Source: a virus. Taken from it: DNA of 64,000 nucleotides. The position numbers and the translations under genes are program-made. The notes beneath the pieces are model-generated. The model had not been told where the DNA came from and did not search any database. It saw only the letters and a list, made by a program, of their open reading frames with translations. The DNA lies in the IMG/VR virus record IMGVR_UViG_3300045988_037604; one strand, 5' to 3'. Below, piece by piece: positions 36,403 through 46,271 of the stretch. How positions within the stretch are numbered: the stretch's first letter is position 1; each line of letters begins with the position of its first letter.

Positions 36403-37447
36403 AAGCTATAACGTTATTAAGAGCTTTATTCATATTGTTATTAGCAGAACCCCAAACAAGAGAGTTCATTCTCTTTTCTCCTTCAAGATTTGCAACATTA
36501 CAATAAAAGCCAGTAACGGCATTATAAGCACCCCAAGCAGTACCATAAATATCTTTCTGACCAATGCCATCATTATAATAATCAAACATATTAGAAAGAA
36601 TATTAGCTTTTCTAGTAGATATTTCAGTTGCTTCAAGAAGTCTATAATCTCTATTGATAAGACGTTTAAAACCTGTTTTATTATCATATTGCATTATTTT
36701 TTGAATTTCAGCAGGAGTTAATTGAAGATTACAAAGATATTCATAAACTTGTTCATCTTTCATAGTAACTTTAGCTAATTGTCTATACATTTCTTGAGCA
36801 TCAAGAGCGTGTTCACAAGCAACTTTAAGAACTTGTGCTCCTAATTCAAGTTTTTCTTTTACAGACTTAGTATGACGAAGACGAATATGACAATCTGCTT
36901 TATTTATAGCACCATTAAGCATATTAGTACATATAACTCTAACAGGTGTAATCATAATATCAACAGATGAATTACCATCATGTCCGTTACTAAATATAAG
37001 ATAATTATCTACCACATCATTACTATTAGCTACAGAAGTTTGTACAGGAAGTTTAGCACTTACATAAACTTTTTCGCCAAAGTTAAGACAAGCAGCTTTA
37101 TCCCACTTAGCAAGATTTTCACCAATAGCATTATTAAAGAAATTAAAAGCATCCATATTTTGAACAACTTCATATTTTTCTTTAACTAATCCTAAAGGAT
37201 AATTATTATCTGTACGATAAGTAGCATAAGCATTATTCATTTCTCTATAAATGTTTCCATCGTGTTGAAATGCGCAATCGTCTACATTATTATTTCCATT
37301 AATTCTAAATGGCATTTTAGCTACTAATTCGCATTTAGCTACAGACCAATCAAGTCCAGCTTTAGTCATAACTTCTTGAGCAGTTTGACAATTAGAAACG
37401 TCTTTACCTAAAGCCCAAGGAAGACCACCAGTATTATATTTACTCAT
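36392..37447 (-). CDS. DUF932 / TIGR03299-type phage-plasmid protein (351 aa)
   Basis: The N-terminus GGLPWALGKDVSNCQTAQEVMTKAGLDWSVAKCEL matches the conserved start of the DUF932 family (PWHxLG ... AGLDWxV). Confidence 0.55.
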   Translation of the reverse strand: MSKYNTGGLPWALGKDVSNCQTAQEVMTKAGLDWSVAKCELVAKMPFRINGNNNVDDCAFQHDGNIYREMNNAYATYRTDNNYPLGLVKEKYEVVQNMDAFNFFNNAIGENLAKWDKAACLNFGEKVYVSAKLPVQTSVANSNDVVDNYLIFSNGHDGNSSVDIMITPVRVICTNMLNGAINKADCHIRLRHTKSVKEKLELGAQVLKVACEHALDAQEMYRQLAKVTMKDEQVYEYLCNLQLTPAEIQKIMQYDNKTGFKRLINRDYRLLEATEISTRKANILSNMFDYYNDGIGQKDIYGTAWGAYNAVTGFYCNVANLEGEKRMNSLVWGSANNNMNKALNNVIAYAS

Positions 37448-37479
37448 AATTCAGCATTATTTAAATTATTATACTATGT

Positions 37480-37635
37480 TTATTTATCATATAAAGTTAC
37501 AGAGTTTTCATCAGCTCTAATATCTTCAATAGTTGCATCAACATCATTTTCTCCAATTATTGTCATAGTAACAGGAATGTCACCGTATTTATCAAGAGCA
37601 TTATTTAGTTCTTTTATTACTTCACTAATTTTCAT
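37480..37635 (-). CDS. small hypothetical protein (51 aa)
   Basis: Hand-translated as MKISEVIKELNNALDKYGDIPVTMTIIGENDVDATIEDIRADENSVTLYDK. Its ATG overlaps the upstream TAA by 1 nt (TAATG). It fills an otherwise empty 187-nt gap. Confidence 0.45.
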   Translation of the reverse strand: MKISEVIKELNNALDKYGDIPVTMTIIGENDVDATIEDIRADENSVTLYDK

Positions 37636-38087
37636 TATTCAGCAATTAAATTATATTTATTCTTAAAAGTATTATAAGTACTTATTACTACAGAACTAGA
37701 AATTTGTTCATCTTCAGGAAGATGTCTATTTCTATTATCTACACGAATAAGACAATCTTTAAGAGGAGTATTAAATAGTTTATATTCTATTGATATATTT
37801 GGTTTAATACTTTTAATTAATTCAACAAGTTCATTAATAGTATTATTACTCAAATTCATATCATCAGAAACAACATCATAACCATCAAGAATAGCTTCTT
37901 CAATACACGCATTTCTTGTATGTTTAACAAGCTTTTCTCTATCAGGAAGCCAATATTTGCCAAACATTTTACGAATAGAATCTTTATTAACTCTAATACG
38001 TTTAATTGGATTTTCTTTAACCCAATCCAAAGCCCAGGTAGATTTACCTGAGCCTTGAATACCTTGTAAAATAATAAATTTACTCAT
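37635..38087 (-). CDS. P-loop kinase (AAA_33 / polynucleotide-kinase-like or dNMP-kinase-like, 150 aa)
   Basis: N-terminal Walker A ILQGIQGSGKSTWALDW. The size and layout fit small phage nucleotide or polynucleotide kinases. Confidence 0.6.
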   Translation of the reverse strand: MSKFIILQGIQGSGKSTWALDWVKENPIKRIRVNKDSIRKMFGKYWLPDREKLVKHTRNACIEEAILDGYDVVSDDMNLSNNTINELVELIKSIKPNISIEYKLFNTPLKDCLIRVDNRNRHLPEDEQISSSVVISTYNTFKNKYNLIAE

Positions 38088-38090
38088 ATA

Positions 38091-38333
38091 TTATTTATCT
38101 TCTTTTGGTTTATCAGGATTTAATTCATTATCACCAGCAAAAGTATTTATATGAACGTCATGTACAATTACTTCAGCACTTATGATATGTTTTTCTAATT
38201 TTTCACCATTATATTTTAAATAACTAGCAGAATTTATAGCATCTACAAAATTTTCACCAGCAACATTGACGTGAAGTTTATTTTTATCTTCTTTTACAAT
38301 GTCAGTTTTAATACGATATACATCGTTTTTCAT
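38091..38333 (-). CDS. hypothetical protein (80 aa)
   Basis: ORF-track ORF, tightly packed. Confidence 0.65.
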   Translation of the reverse strand: MKNDVYRIKTDIVKEDKNKLHVNVAGENFVDAINSASYLKYNGEKLEKHIISAEVIVHDVHINTFAGDNELNPDKPKEDK

Positions 38334-38334
38334 A

Positions 38335-39099
38335 CTATCTTATATTTAAATTTTCGTTATTAACAACTTTTCCAATATTAGAAGTACAGCCTTCTTCTAC
38401 AATTTTGGTTTTAAGAGTTTTCTTATCAACAGTAGGTTTAAAATCCCAATTATCAGGACTAGTATGACCTACTTGTTCCATAAGTTTATAACCTTCACCA
38501 TTAAGAAGTTTAGCAGCAGGTACAGGAATAGTAACATTAATTGTAATATCATCTAAATCTTCAATTTCTACTTCACCAGCAGCTACATTATTTTCTGCAA
38601 CAGCAGTTTGTTGAATAGAATCAAGAAGACTATTAATATCTACAGAATCATTACATTGTAATGTATTCATAAATATACCATTAGCAAATACTCCTTTGAT
38701 AGTTTCAGTTATATGATCAATTTTATTAGTATCAACTTCTACAGAAATAGAAGGACGAATACTAACTTTACCAGTACCCCAATCAAAGAACTTCTTACCT
38801 TTCTTATCTTCTTTACCAAAAGTATTAATCGCATAAAGAACAAGATTAGTAAGAGATTTTATAGTATTATCTTTACTCTTGTCTAAAGATGCAAGTCTAT
38901 CTTTTTCTGCTTTGATAGCAGTTTTATCAGCTTTAAGTTTATTAATATACTCAACATAATTCTTAACTTTAGAAGTTACTTCTTCTTTATTAAGTTTAAG
39001 TTTTTCTTTAATTTCAGGAGTAAGTTCACCACCATTTTCTTCAAGTTCTTCAAATATATCAAGAAGTTCTCTATCAATATCAAATATGCTTTTTCCCAT
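38335..39099 (-). CDS. Sipho_Gp157-like protein (254 aa)
   Basis: An N-terminal acidic helix then a K/E-rich coiled coil (IFDIDRELLDIFEELEENGGELTPEIKEKL...KVKNYVEYINKLKADKTAIKAEKDRLASL) follows the pattern I recall for the Gp157 family. Similarity was judged by eye only. Confidence 0.4.
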   Translation of the reverse strand: MGKSIFDIDRELLDIFEELEENGGELTPEIKEKLKLNKEEVTSKVKNYVEYINKLKADKTAIKAEKDRLASLDKSKDNTIKSLTNLVLYAINTFGKEDKKGKKFFDWGTGKVSIRPSISVEVDTNKIDHITETIKGVFANGIFMNTLQCNDSVDINSLLDSIQQTAVAENNVAAGEVEIEDLDDITINVTIPVPAAKLLNGEGYKLMEQVGHTSPDNWDFKPTVDKKTLKTKIVEEGCTSNIGKVVNNENLNIR

Positions 39100-39105
39100 A
39101 ATTAA

Positions 39106-39324
39106 TTATTTATCAGTTCTAACACCTCTACTATCTACTAAATAATTAGCATCAGTAGCAACAAATTCAATTTTAATTTTACCACAATTAATACAACGAG
39201 AAATAATATTAATTCCTACAGTCGTATCGTTAGTATAATTAGAATCTTTAACTTCTAATTCTTTATAAACTTCATAATGATGAAGTCCAATAAAACATTG
39301 TTTATTCAGTCCCATATTAAACAT
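39106..39324 (-). CDS. hypothetical protein (72 aa), one CxxC (CINCGK)
   Basis: ORF-track ORF with an 8-nt overlap with the upstream gene. Confidence 0.6.
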   Translation of the reverse strand: MFNMGLNKQCFIGLHHYEVYKELEVKDSNYTNDTTVGINIISRCINCGKIKIEFVATDANYLVDSRGVRTDK

Positions 39325-39871
39325 AATCTAAAAGTAAAACTCTATTTGGACAAGTTCCATATTCTATATTAAAATATTTAGCAAAAGCATTATATTTATT
39401 AGCAAACCATTTACAACCTAATAAATATTGATACCATGTAGCTTTAACACTAGCGTGATATTCTTTAACTTCAATAAAAGGTTTATAATGTTCTTTCCAA
39501 TCCCAATAGGTAATAGCAGAATCTATATTGACATTATATTTTTCTATTAAAATCCAAAGATAAGTTATAAAACGATTTGTTCTATAACTAGCATCTTTAG
39601 GTTTACTTCTTTGGTCATAAATAACTCTAATTGAAATTTTATTTTCACCAATATATTTCCAAATATTATTATCTACAAATCCATAATCAACTTTATTATG
39701 AACAAAATGCCATTCCTCATTATAAAGATTAATACGAATATCAAAATAATCAACACCTGTATTGAATTGTTCTTCAATAGTTTTATCTTGACATTTGTTC
39801 CAAAGTCTTGTTATCTTCCCACAAAGATTTTTAGGAGGAAGATAACTTAAAGTATTATGACTACCTATCAT
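39317..39871 (-). CDS. PI-PLC X-domain-like phosphodiesterase (184 aa)
   Basis: MIGSHNTLSY...WNKCQDKTIEEQFNTGVDYFDIRINL...HFVHN aligns by eye with the bacterial PI-PLC pattern IPGTHDSGT...W.MTQ....YQMDHGARIFDIRGR...VLHHG. That pattern includes the catalytic His and the FDIR motif. Confidence 0.5.
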   Translation of the reverse strand: MIGSHNTLSYLPPKNLCGKITRLWNKCQDKTIEEQFNTGVDYFDIRINLYNEEWHFVHNKVDYGFVDNNIWKYIGENKISIRVIYDQRSKPKDASYRTNRFITYLWILIEKYNVNIDSAITYWDWKEHYKPFIEVKEYHASVKATWYQYLLGCKWFANKYNAFAKYFNIEYGTCPNRVLLLDYV

Positions 39872-40080
39872 AGTGGCATATCTATTATAGTTTGTGTATT
39901 ACCATCATAAATTTCAGGAGCATCATTGGTTATCATATAAGATATATTATTTGGATTATAACCTTCTTTAGATAACCAATAATCAACAACTTCGTTTTCA
40001 GTAGGAGCAATATTTTCATATTCACTAATATCATGAATTTCAATTTGACCCGAATTATAATTTAAAATACTTATCCACAT
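39868..40080 (-). CDS. hypothetical protein (70 aa)
   Basis: ORF-track ORF with a 4-nt ATGA-type overlap downstream. Confidence 0.65.
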   Translation of the reverse strand: MWISILNYNSGQIEIHDISEYENIAPTENEVVDYWLSKEGYNPNNISYMITNDAPEIYDGNTQTIIDMPL

Positions 40081-40082
40081 AA

Positions 40083-41081
40083 TTATTTATTTATAAGTTT
40101 AACTAATTTATCAGCAAGTTCTTTCATACAAGGATGAACTTTACCACTAGCTTCATTACTACGTAATTTAAGCCAATGCTGCCAATCACCAACAAAAGCA
40201 GTATGAACTACTTGAGTTTTAGTATTAAGAGGAAGAATTTCTCTAGCTTGTTGAGCAGTCCAACCAAGTTCAATACATTTACAATATACAAGATTTGCTA
40301 TTTGAAGACCATAAAGAAACCAATTTATAGCAGTCCAATTTTTAGTAAAATGAGGTACAATCTTATTATCATTACATATTTCATTATCGGAATATAATCC
40401 AGTAAGATAACCTTGACAAGCAGAATTAGCAATGTCAATCCAAGGAACTTTAGCAACACTTATATTATTACCAAATTTATCAGCATTATAACGACAATAA
40501 CGAGTAGATTCTTCACTTATACTATTAACTCTATGACGATTTAATTCACGACTAGCGCCAATATCTGTTATAAAATTAACAGTAGTTCTTTCTATGTAAT
40601 AAGGACAATTAGGAGTATTATCTATAAATTCAAGAGTATCAATAGCGTAATTTTCTATTATTACTCTAAGATTTGTAGTAACATAGAGATACCCCTCATG
40701 TTCATTGGTTTTACTATATTTATTGGTTCTATATATATTTTCCCATATAGCAGCAGCTCTAGGCATAAAACCAGGAAATTTAAGATGAACTGTACCATGT
40801 TCACAACAACTTAAATGAAGACTTGTTAAATCTACATTACCATAAGCATTTGGAGAAAGTTTTCCTTTAGAAGAATTATTAGGGTCTACTTTATGATAGC
40901 CAAAGAAATCATGTCCTTTAAAAATAGTTCTAAGAAGAAAATTATAAGCATCTTCATCTTTACTTTTAGAAGTACTTTGATAACAAACTCTAGCACATCT
41001 AGCTATATGTTTCCAAATAGCATCAAGAGTATAACCTTCTTGTTTCCAAATTTCAACACTAGGATTTACAACTTTAATCAT
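40083..41081 (-). CDS. thyX: flavin-dependent thymidylate synthase ThyX
   Basis: The ThyX signature RHRxxSxxxxSxRY is present as SRELNRHRVNSISEESTRY. Confidence 0.85.
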   Translation of the reverse strand: MIKVVNPSVEIWKQEGYTLDAIWKHIARCARVCYQSTSKSKDEDAYNFLLRTIFKGHDFFGYHKVDPNNSSKGKLSPNAYGNVDLTSLHLSCCEHGTVHLKFPGFMPRAAAIWENIYRTNKYSKTNEHEGYLYVTTNLRVIIENYAIDTLEFIDNTPNCPYYIERTTVNFITDIGASRELNRHRVNSISEESTRYCRYNADKFGNNISVAKVPWIDIANSACQGYLTGLYSDNEICNDNKIVPHFTKNWTAINWFLYGLQIANLVYCKCIELGWTAQQAREILPLNTKTQVVHTAFVGDWQHWLKLRSNEASGKVHPCMKELADKLVKLINK

Positions 41082-41083
41082 AA

Positions 41084-41347
41084 TTACAATTCAATTAATT
41101 TTTCACTTAAACAAAAATTAAAAGCTTTATTAATAGCTTCTTCAGGAGTATCACCAGTAATATTACATATTGCATCATTTTCATCATCAATCCACTCTAC
41201 TTGATAATTTTTATTATAATAATATAAAGTTGGTGTATATCCTTCATCTTGTTGTTTATCTACTTTTGTAAGTTCTCCTTCTTCAAACATAGTTATATTA
41301 GGAAGAAGAACAAATTTTTCAAGAGCACTTAATTTACTTTTATCCAT
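41084..41347 (-). CDS. hypothetical protein (87 aa)
   Basis: ORF-track ORF, 2-nt spacers on both sides. Confidence 0.65.
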   Translation of the reverse strand: MDKSKLSALEKFVLLPNITMFEEGELTKVDKQQDEGYTPTLYYYNKNYQVEWIDDENDAICNITGDTPEEAINKAFNFCLSEKLIEL

Positions 41348-41349
41348 AA

Positions 41350-42000
41350 TTATTTTTCTTCACACATATTAGAAGCTTTCCAATTATCACTAACAGCAAT
41401 TACTTGCCGTTTATTGTTATTAGTGACTATAATCATAGAACCATCTTTATTTTCATTATATACAAAGCCATCATCGTCTTTATATAAACCTTCAAAACCA
41501 TAAGTTGCATGAATTTCTCCAGTAACATCTTCATAAGTTTCTTCATCTAAAAGATGAATTTTGTTTGTACGAAGAAGTTGATATAGTTCTATATAAACAG
41601 TATTGTCTTTATTACTTTTTATATGTTCAACAACTTTTTTATTTTCTTGATTGTATTTATCTTTCCAAGCCAATAACATATTACAATAATTAGCTAAATC
41701 TTGAATAGTATCAAACATACTTTCATCTTCAACATTAGGTTTATTATCACCTTGAAATTCATCTTCAATAAGATGAATTAAACGATTAGCTTTATCATAC
41801 ATTCTAGCTAGACCATATCTATAACCTAGTTTATCACAACCTTTATTGAAAGCATTACCATAATCAGCATTCTTTTTAGCCATAAGATTAAGCATCTTAT
41901 TTTGCTGGTCACGTAAAGCAACAACTTCAGGAGTAATAAGTTCTTTTGGAACTACTCCATTAAGAGCAGCTTTCCAATACTTTAAATCATTTTCTGTCAT
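41350..42000 (-). CDS. DUF1599-like nucleotide-metabolism-associated protein (216 aa)
   Basis: KNADYGNAFNKGCDKLGYRYGLARMYDKANRLIHL resembles the DUF1599 core (DYG...G..G...R..DK..R). It sits adjacent to thyX. Confidence 0.4.
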   Translation of the reverse strand: MTENDLKYWKAALNGVVPKELITPEVVALRDQQNKMLNLMAKKNADYGNAFNKGCDKLGYRYGLARMYDKANRLIHLIEDEFQGDNKPNVEDESMFDTIQDLANYCNMLLAWKDKYNQENKKVVEHIKSNKDNTVYIELYQLLRTNKIHLLDEETYEDVTGEIHATYGFEGLYKDDDGFVYNENKDGSMIIVTNNNKRQVIAVSDNWKASNMCEEK

Positions 42001-42018
42001 AATTATTATTTTATTAAA

Positions 42019-43491
42019 TTAAACATTAATTGTTCCTACAGCACTAATAGTTTTTCCACTAGATAAATGAATCAAATGATTTTCCATACATTCAACAGTA
42101 GTTTTATCTAGAGGAAAACTAAGTCTATCTTGCAGATTATAATATCTAGCAAAATTTTTAATATCATCAAACCATAATATGTGACACCCTATACAGAATT
42201 TCCATTCTTTATAACCTAATTTATCAGGTCTATCACAATAACATCTAATAGCATCAACAAATTTATCTTCATAAGAAATACTTGATACACAAAATGAACC
42301 AATTCTAAATTCATCATGTTTAAAACTAAAAATAGTTTTACCACTAAGAATATAATTAGTATAAAGTTGATTAAATACATTAATAGCAACATCAAGAGGA
42401 ACTAAAGCACCACGACTAGTTTCAACCCAATTAGGTCTACCAGGTTTAAGTCTAAGCTGAGTATTACTAAATTGATATTGTAATCTACGACGAATAGGAG
42501 TAATAGTTCTTTTCTTTTCATTGACATAATAATCAATATATGAAAGAATATTATTAGAATCACTTCCTTTTCTCCAATAATCAATATTATTCTTTGACTC
42601 AATTAAAGCAGCCCTACGATTAACTCCAGCTTTAATATTATATTTTTCTACTTTTTCAAGAAAAGCTTTATAATTAGCTTTATCTTTATCTTCTATTTCT
42701 TTAGCATATTCATCAGACCATTTTTCATTAACTTCTTTCCAACTAATTCCTTTACAATAACAGAACTTTGTATAGAACTTACATTTCTTAATATGAAGTT
42801 TTTGTTCATCAGTAAACAAATTATCATTAAGAATATTTTTTATAGAAGGAAATGGAACTTTAAAATTACTAATATAAATATCTTTATTTGATAAACGTTT
42901 AACTTTAGGAACAAATCTATATTTATCAGCTAAATATTTTATTTCATTGAAATATTTAGTTCTATTACAAGTTGTATAACTATTATTAAGAATATATTTA
43001 CTTACACTATTAAGTACTTTATACTCATTATAAAAAGTTTCAATATATTGTTTAATAATATATTTTATATGTGTATTAATAAGTATCTTTTTATTTTTTG
43101 TTTCAGTTATATTATAAATAGGAATAAGTTCATCAGTTTTATAAATACTATAACCACTAGGAAGACCTCTTTCAATATCCCAAGCATATTCAGTATCTAC
43201 TTTAATTACAGCTATTTTATGTTTACGGTCAATAATTGCCATACAAGAATCTTTAACTCCTTTATACCAATTTTCACTATCCCAATTATCTTTAATATAT
43301 TCAGGAGTAAGTTTCTCACCTAAACTTTTACCTCTATGAAAGAAATAGCCATAACCAAAACAATAAGGATGATAAGTACTTTCAAACCATCCAGGTTCAT
43401 CACGATGAATACCTTCGTGAATACCTTCATGTTGACAAAATATATGTTTAATTCTTTTCTTAGGTTCAGCACCTACTTTACTTTTAACCAT
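42019..43491 (-). CDS. hypothetical Cys/His-rich protein (490 aa)
   Basis: ORF-track ORF. Many Cys and His residues, and an N-terminal HEGIHEGIH produced by a 12-nt tandem duplication (43406-43429). I recognise no family. Confidence 0.7.
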   Translation of the reverse strand: MVKSKVGAEPKKRIKHIFCQHEGIHEGIHRDEPGWFESTYHPYCFGYGYFFHRGKSLGEKLTPEYIKDNWDSENWYKGVKDSCMAIIDRKHKIAVIKVDTEYAWDIERGLPSGYSIYKTDELIPIYNITETKNKKILINTHIKYIIKQYIETFYNEYKVLNSVSKYILNNSYTTCNRTKYFNEIKYLADKYRFVPKVKRLSNKDIYISNFKVPFPSIKNILNDNLFTDEQKLHIKKCKFYTKFCYCKGISWKEVNEKWSDEYAKEIEDKDKANYKAFLEKVEKYNIKAGVNRRAALIESKNNIDYWRKGSDSNNILSYIDYYVNEKKRTITPIRRRLQYQFSNTQLRLKPGRPNWVETSRGALVPLDVAINVFNQLYTNYILSGKTIFSFKHDEFRIGSFCVSSISYEDKFVDAIRCYCDRPDKLGYKEWKFCIGCHILWFDDIKNFARYYNLQDRLSFPLDKTTVECMENHLIHLSSGKTISAVGTINV

Positions 43492-43501
43492 ATCTTTAAT
43501 A

Positions 43502-43633
43502 TTATAAGTTTATAAACTTTAAAAATATAGACATCTTGAATAACAAATCAATTATTATCAAGAAGATAAATATTATTGGAAGAATTATATATATAAAACA
43601 TCCAATATTATCTGTTTTATTTTCTTTATTCAT
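43502..43633 (-). CDS. possible small transmembrane protein (43 aa)
   Basis: Hand-translated as MNKENKTDNIGCFIYIILPIIFIFLIIIDLLFKMSIFLKFINL, with one clear hydrophobic helix. The stop lies 10 nt before the next ATG. Confidence 0.35.
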   Translation of the reverse strand: MNKENKTDNIGCFIYIILPIIFIFLIIIDLLFKMSIFLKFINL

Positions 43634-43783
43634 AACATTTTATTCAGTACAATTATAATTATTCATTTTATTTAATATTTCAAATTCTTATTTGTTCACA
43701 AATATAATCATTTCTGATTAATTATATTACAGACATAATAAAACCGCTCACGTAAAAGAAAAACTGCATAAATGCGAATATTT

Positions 43784-43797
43784 CCTACGGGGCGGTT
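43784..43797 (+). repeat. motif copy S10, interrupted-G variant (forward)
   Basis: atatttCCTACGGGGCGGTTATa, intergenic, 6 nt from the stop of gene 43806..44156. Confidence 0.7.
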
Positions 43798-43805
43798 ATA
43801 TTGAT

Positions 43806-44156
43806 TTAATGAAATCTATAGACTTCACCATCTTCTTGAGAAGAATCAAGTATAAGATTAATATTTATATCTTTACTTATTCCTTTAAAACAATTATCAT
43901 ATACAGAACCTAAATTATATTTAAGTCGATTATAATTATCCTTAATAGTCTTAGCATAAGGTCTATCAGGAATAATATTATCAGAAGTAATAAGATAAAA
44001 TTCTTCTTTATCAGTATTAGGATTATATCTTTTACCAAAAGCATAATAAGTTCTATATTTGATTTGCTTGCTAACTATACGTTTATTATTATAGTCAAGC
44101 CAAGTCTTTTTTTTATCTATTTTATTATCTACTTTATCATAAGCTGCGAGATTCAT
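43806..44156 (-). CDS. hypothetical protein (116 aa)
   Basis: ORF-track ORF. Confidence 0.65.
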   Translation of the reverse strand: MNLAAYDKVDNKIDKKKTWLDYNNKRIVSKQIKYRTYYAFGKRYNPNTDKEEFYLITSDNIIPDRPYAKTIKDNYNRLKYNLGSVYDNCFKGISKDININLILDSSQEDGEVYRFH

Positions 44157-44159
44157 AGT

Positions 44160-44588
44160 TTAATCATTATAAGTTTGAGTACAAAAATTAATATCATCAT
44201 CATAGATATTAAACTCATCAAGATTAATTACATAGCCCATATTATCTTCAGGAACAAATATTCCCAATTGAAGAACACCAACATTAATTTTAGAAGTAAC
44301 ATTAGCTGGTTTTTCAGATATAGATAAATCAAGTAATAATGAAATTATAGTCATTTTAGTAATAACACCTATATGTTTTTTAGGAATATATGTATTTCCA
44401 TAAGTGTTAATACATCTTTCTTGATTAGTTGGAACATAATGAATTTTAGAACCTACTCTAAGACCAGAATGTTTATTAATTATTTCTCTTATAGAGAAAT
44501 TAATATTATCTTCTGTTTCTCCATTAATTCTCATTTGCTGTTCTTTAATATAAGCTTCAGCAATACCTTCTAAAAGACCTTCAATCAT
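44160..44588 (-). CDS. hypothetical protein (142 aa)
   Basis: ORF-track ORF. Confidence 0.65.
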   Translation of the reverse strand: MIEGLLEGIAEAYIKEQQMRINGETEDNINFSIREIINKHSGLRVGSKIHYVPTNQERCINTYGNTYIPKKHIGVITKMTIISLLLDLSISEKPANVTSKINVGVLQLGIFVPEDNMGYVINLDEFNIYDDDINFCTQTYND

Positions 44589-44597
44589 AATTATAAT

Positions 44598-45788
44598 TTA
44601 ATTAATTGTTATAACTTTGGCATGAAAAGGAACTTGATTAACTCCGCTTCTCTCACGAAATTCTACAATAGCATATTTACCGATATATTTATCTTTATCT
44701 TTAAGAATCATTTCTTGATAAGTATGACTAGCATTTATAGTACATTCAAATTGATTATCATTAATATCATTTTGAAGAACTAGTTTACATAAATCTTTTC
44801 TAACTCCTTCAGGAATAATATCAATAATTTTAAATTTGCCATCATCAACTCGTTTGTATTTAAACATAGCAGCATTACGTTTACCAAATTGATATTCAGA
44901 TAAAGGATTACGAATAATAAGACCTTCAAAACCAAGAGAAATAAATTTATCTCTATATCTTGTAGCTTCATTAAAATTTGTAATTAGAACATCAGGTAAA
45001 AGTATTAATTGAGATTTATTATTAAGATGTTGTGTAATATCTTCAAAAGTATAACAAAGTTTTTTAATGTTTTCTTTTCTAAAGTTACTACGAGTTTCAG
45101 CATTCATATTCTCAATCAAAACATCATAACACCAATATTGAAGAAGTTTATGTTGAGGAAGAGTAGGATTCTTAACAAAACTATTTATATTATTTACAGT
45201 TTGTCCAGGAATATAAAGTTCTCCATCAAGACAAGCTCCTTCATCAAGCATAGCATCAATCAATTCATCATATAGATTTGGAAGAATAATATCATCCATC
45301 CAACTAAGTTGATTCCAAAGAGTTCCTTCTCTAGAATGATATACAAGTTTAATAGGTTTAAACATATCATTAGTTTTTTGAGCACTAATTATACATCTAA
45401 CACCATTAATCTTATATTGTCCTAAGAAAGGAGTTTTAAGAAAAGGTTTATTATCTTTGAGAACTTTAGCAAGCATCGGAAATATAAATCCATCGCTAGT
45501 AGTATTGTTTTTAGGAAGATAAGTATTAAGATAATTAATTAAACCTATAGTATCAAGTATTTTATCAGGTCCACTATCTTTTAATTCACAAAGTTGTTTA
45601 TAACCTTCTTTACGTTTAGCCTTAATTCTAGATTCAACTTCATTAGCTTTAACTAATTTCTTAGGAATACTTTCTTGATGACCATTACAACCAACAATAC
45701 CATAATCTAAAAGAATATTACCTTTAAAACCTTCTTGTATAGACCAATATTGAGGTTCACCTTTAGCATTTCTTTTGTATAAAATCAT
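44598..45788 (-). CDS. ATP-dependent DNA ligase
   Basis: Nucleotidyltransferase motifs are present: I YKINGVR (KxNGxR), III LDGELY, IIIa YWCYDV, IV EGLIIR and V MFKYKR. Confidence 0.85.
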   Translation of the reverse strand: MILYKRNAKGEPQYWSIQEGFKGNILLDYGIVGCNGHQESIPKKLVKANEVESRIKAKRKEGYKQLCELKDSGPDKILDTIGLINYLNTYLPKNNTTSDGFIFPMLAKVLKDNKPFLKTPFLGQYKINGVRCIISAQKTNDMFKPIKLVYHSREGTLWNQLSWMDDIILPNLYDELIDAMLDEGACLDGELYIPGQTVNNINSFVKNPTLPQHKLLQYWCYDVLIENMNAETRSNFRKENIKKLCYTFEDITQHLNNKSQLILLPDVLITNFNEATRYRDKFISLGFEGLIIRNPLSEYQFGKRNAAMFKYKRVDDGKFKIIDIIPEGVRKDLCKLVLQNDINDNQFECTINASHTYQEMILKDKDKYIGKYAIVEFRERSGVNQVPFHAKVITIN

Positions 45789-46270
45789 TTTATTTTTAAT
45801 TTTATATTTCCAAGTATAGCTTTTCTTATATCAGCATTTAAAGACTTTTGTTGAATTTTATTATTTTCAAATCCATCAATAGTAGCTTCTTTTACTTTCT
45901 TACGAGTAGTACGAGCATTTTTTACTTTTTTAGATTTATCATAAATTATAGGAGGATTATCTTTTTCATATTTAAGATTAGCTTTATGAATTTCAGCAAT
46001 CTTATTATAATATAAAGAAAGTTTATCTTCTTCATCATCTGATAAATATGTATCAAGCATATATGCAAGTTTAGACATTTCATATTGATAAGGAGTACCT
46101 ATAGTTTGCATTAATCTTAGACCATTAACTATTCTAGTACAATCTAAATAATGTAATTGATTTTCTATAGCTTTATCAATACCATATTCAGCAACAGAAT
46201 TACTACAAATTCTTTTTATACTATCATCAAGAGGAATAATATATCTTTTAGAAATAGGAAAATCTCTCAT
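45785..46270 (-). CDS. hypothetical protein (161 aa)
   Basis: ORF-track ORF with a 4-nt overlap with the ligase gene. Confidence 0.65.
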   Translation of the reverse strand: MRDFPISKRYIIPLDDSIKRICSNSVAEYGIDKAIENQLHYLDCTRIVNGLRLMQTIGTPYQYEMSKLAYMLDTYLSDDEEDKLSLYYNKIAEIHKANLKYEKDNPPIIYDKSKKVKNARTTRKKVKEATIDGFENNKIQQKSLNADIRKAILGNIKLKIK

Positions 46271-46271
46271 G

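Noticed and set aside
43406-43429. HEGIHEGIH (a double HExxH) near the N-terminus of the 490-aa protein as a peptidase motif.
   Set aside because: It is generated by a 12-nt tandem duplication (tgaataccttcg / tgaataccttca on the + strand) at residues 21-29, with no peptidase context. It is noted only as a micro-duplication.
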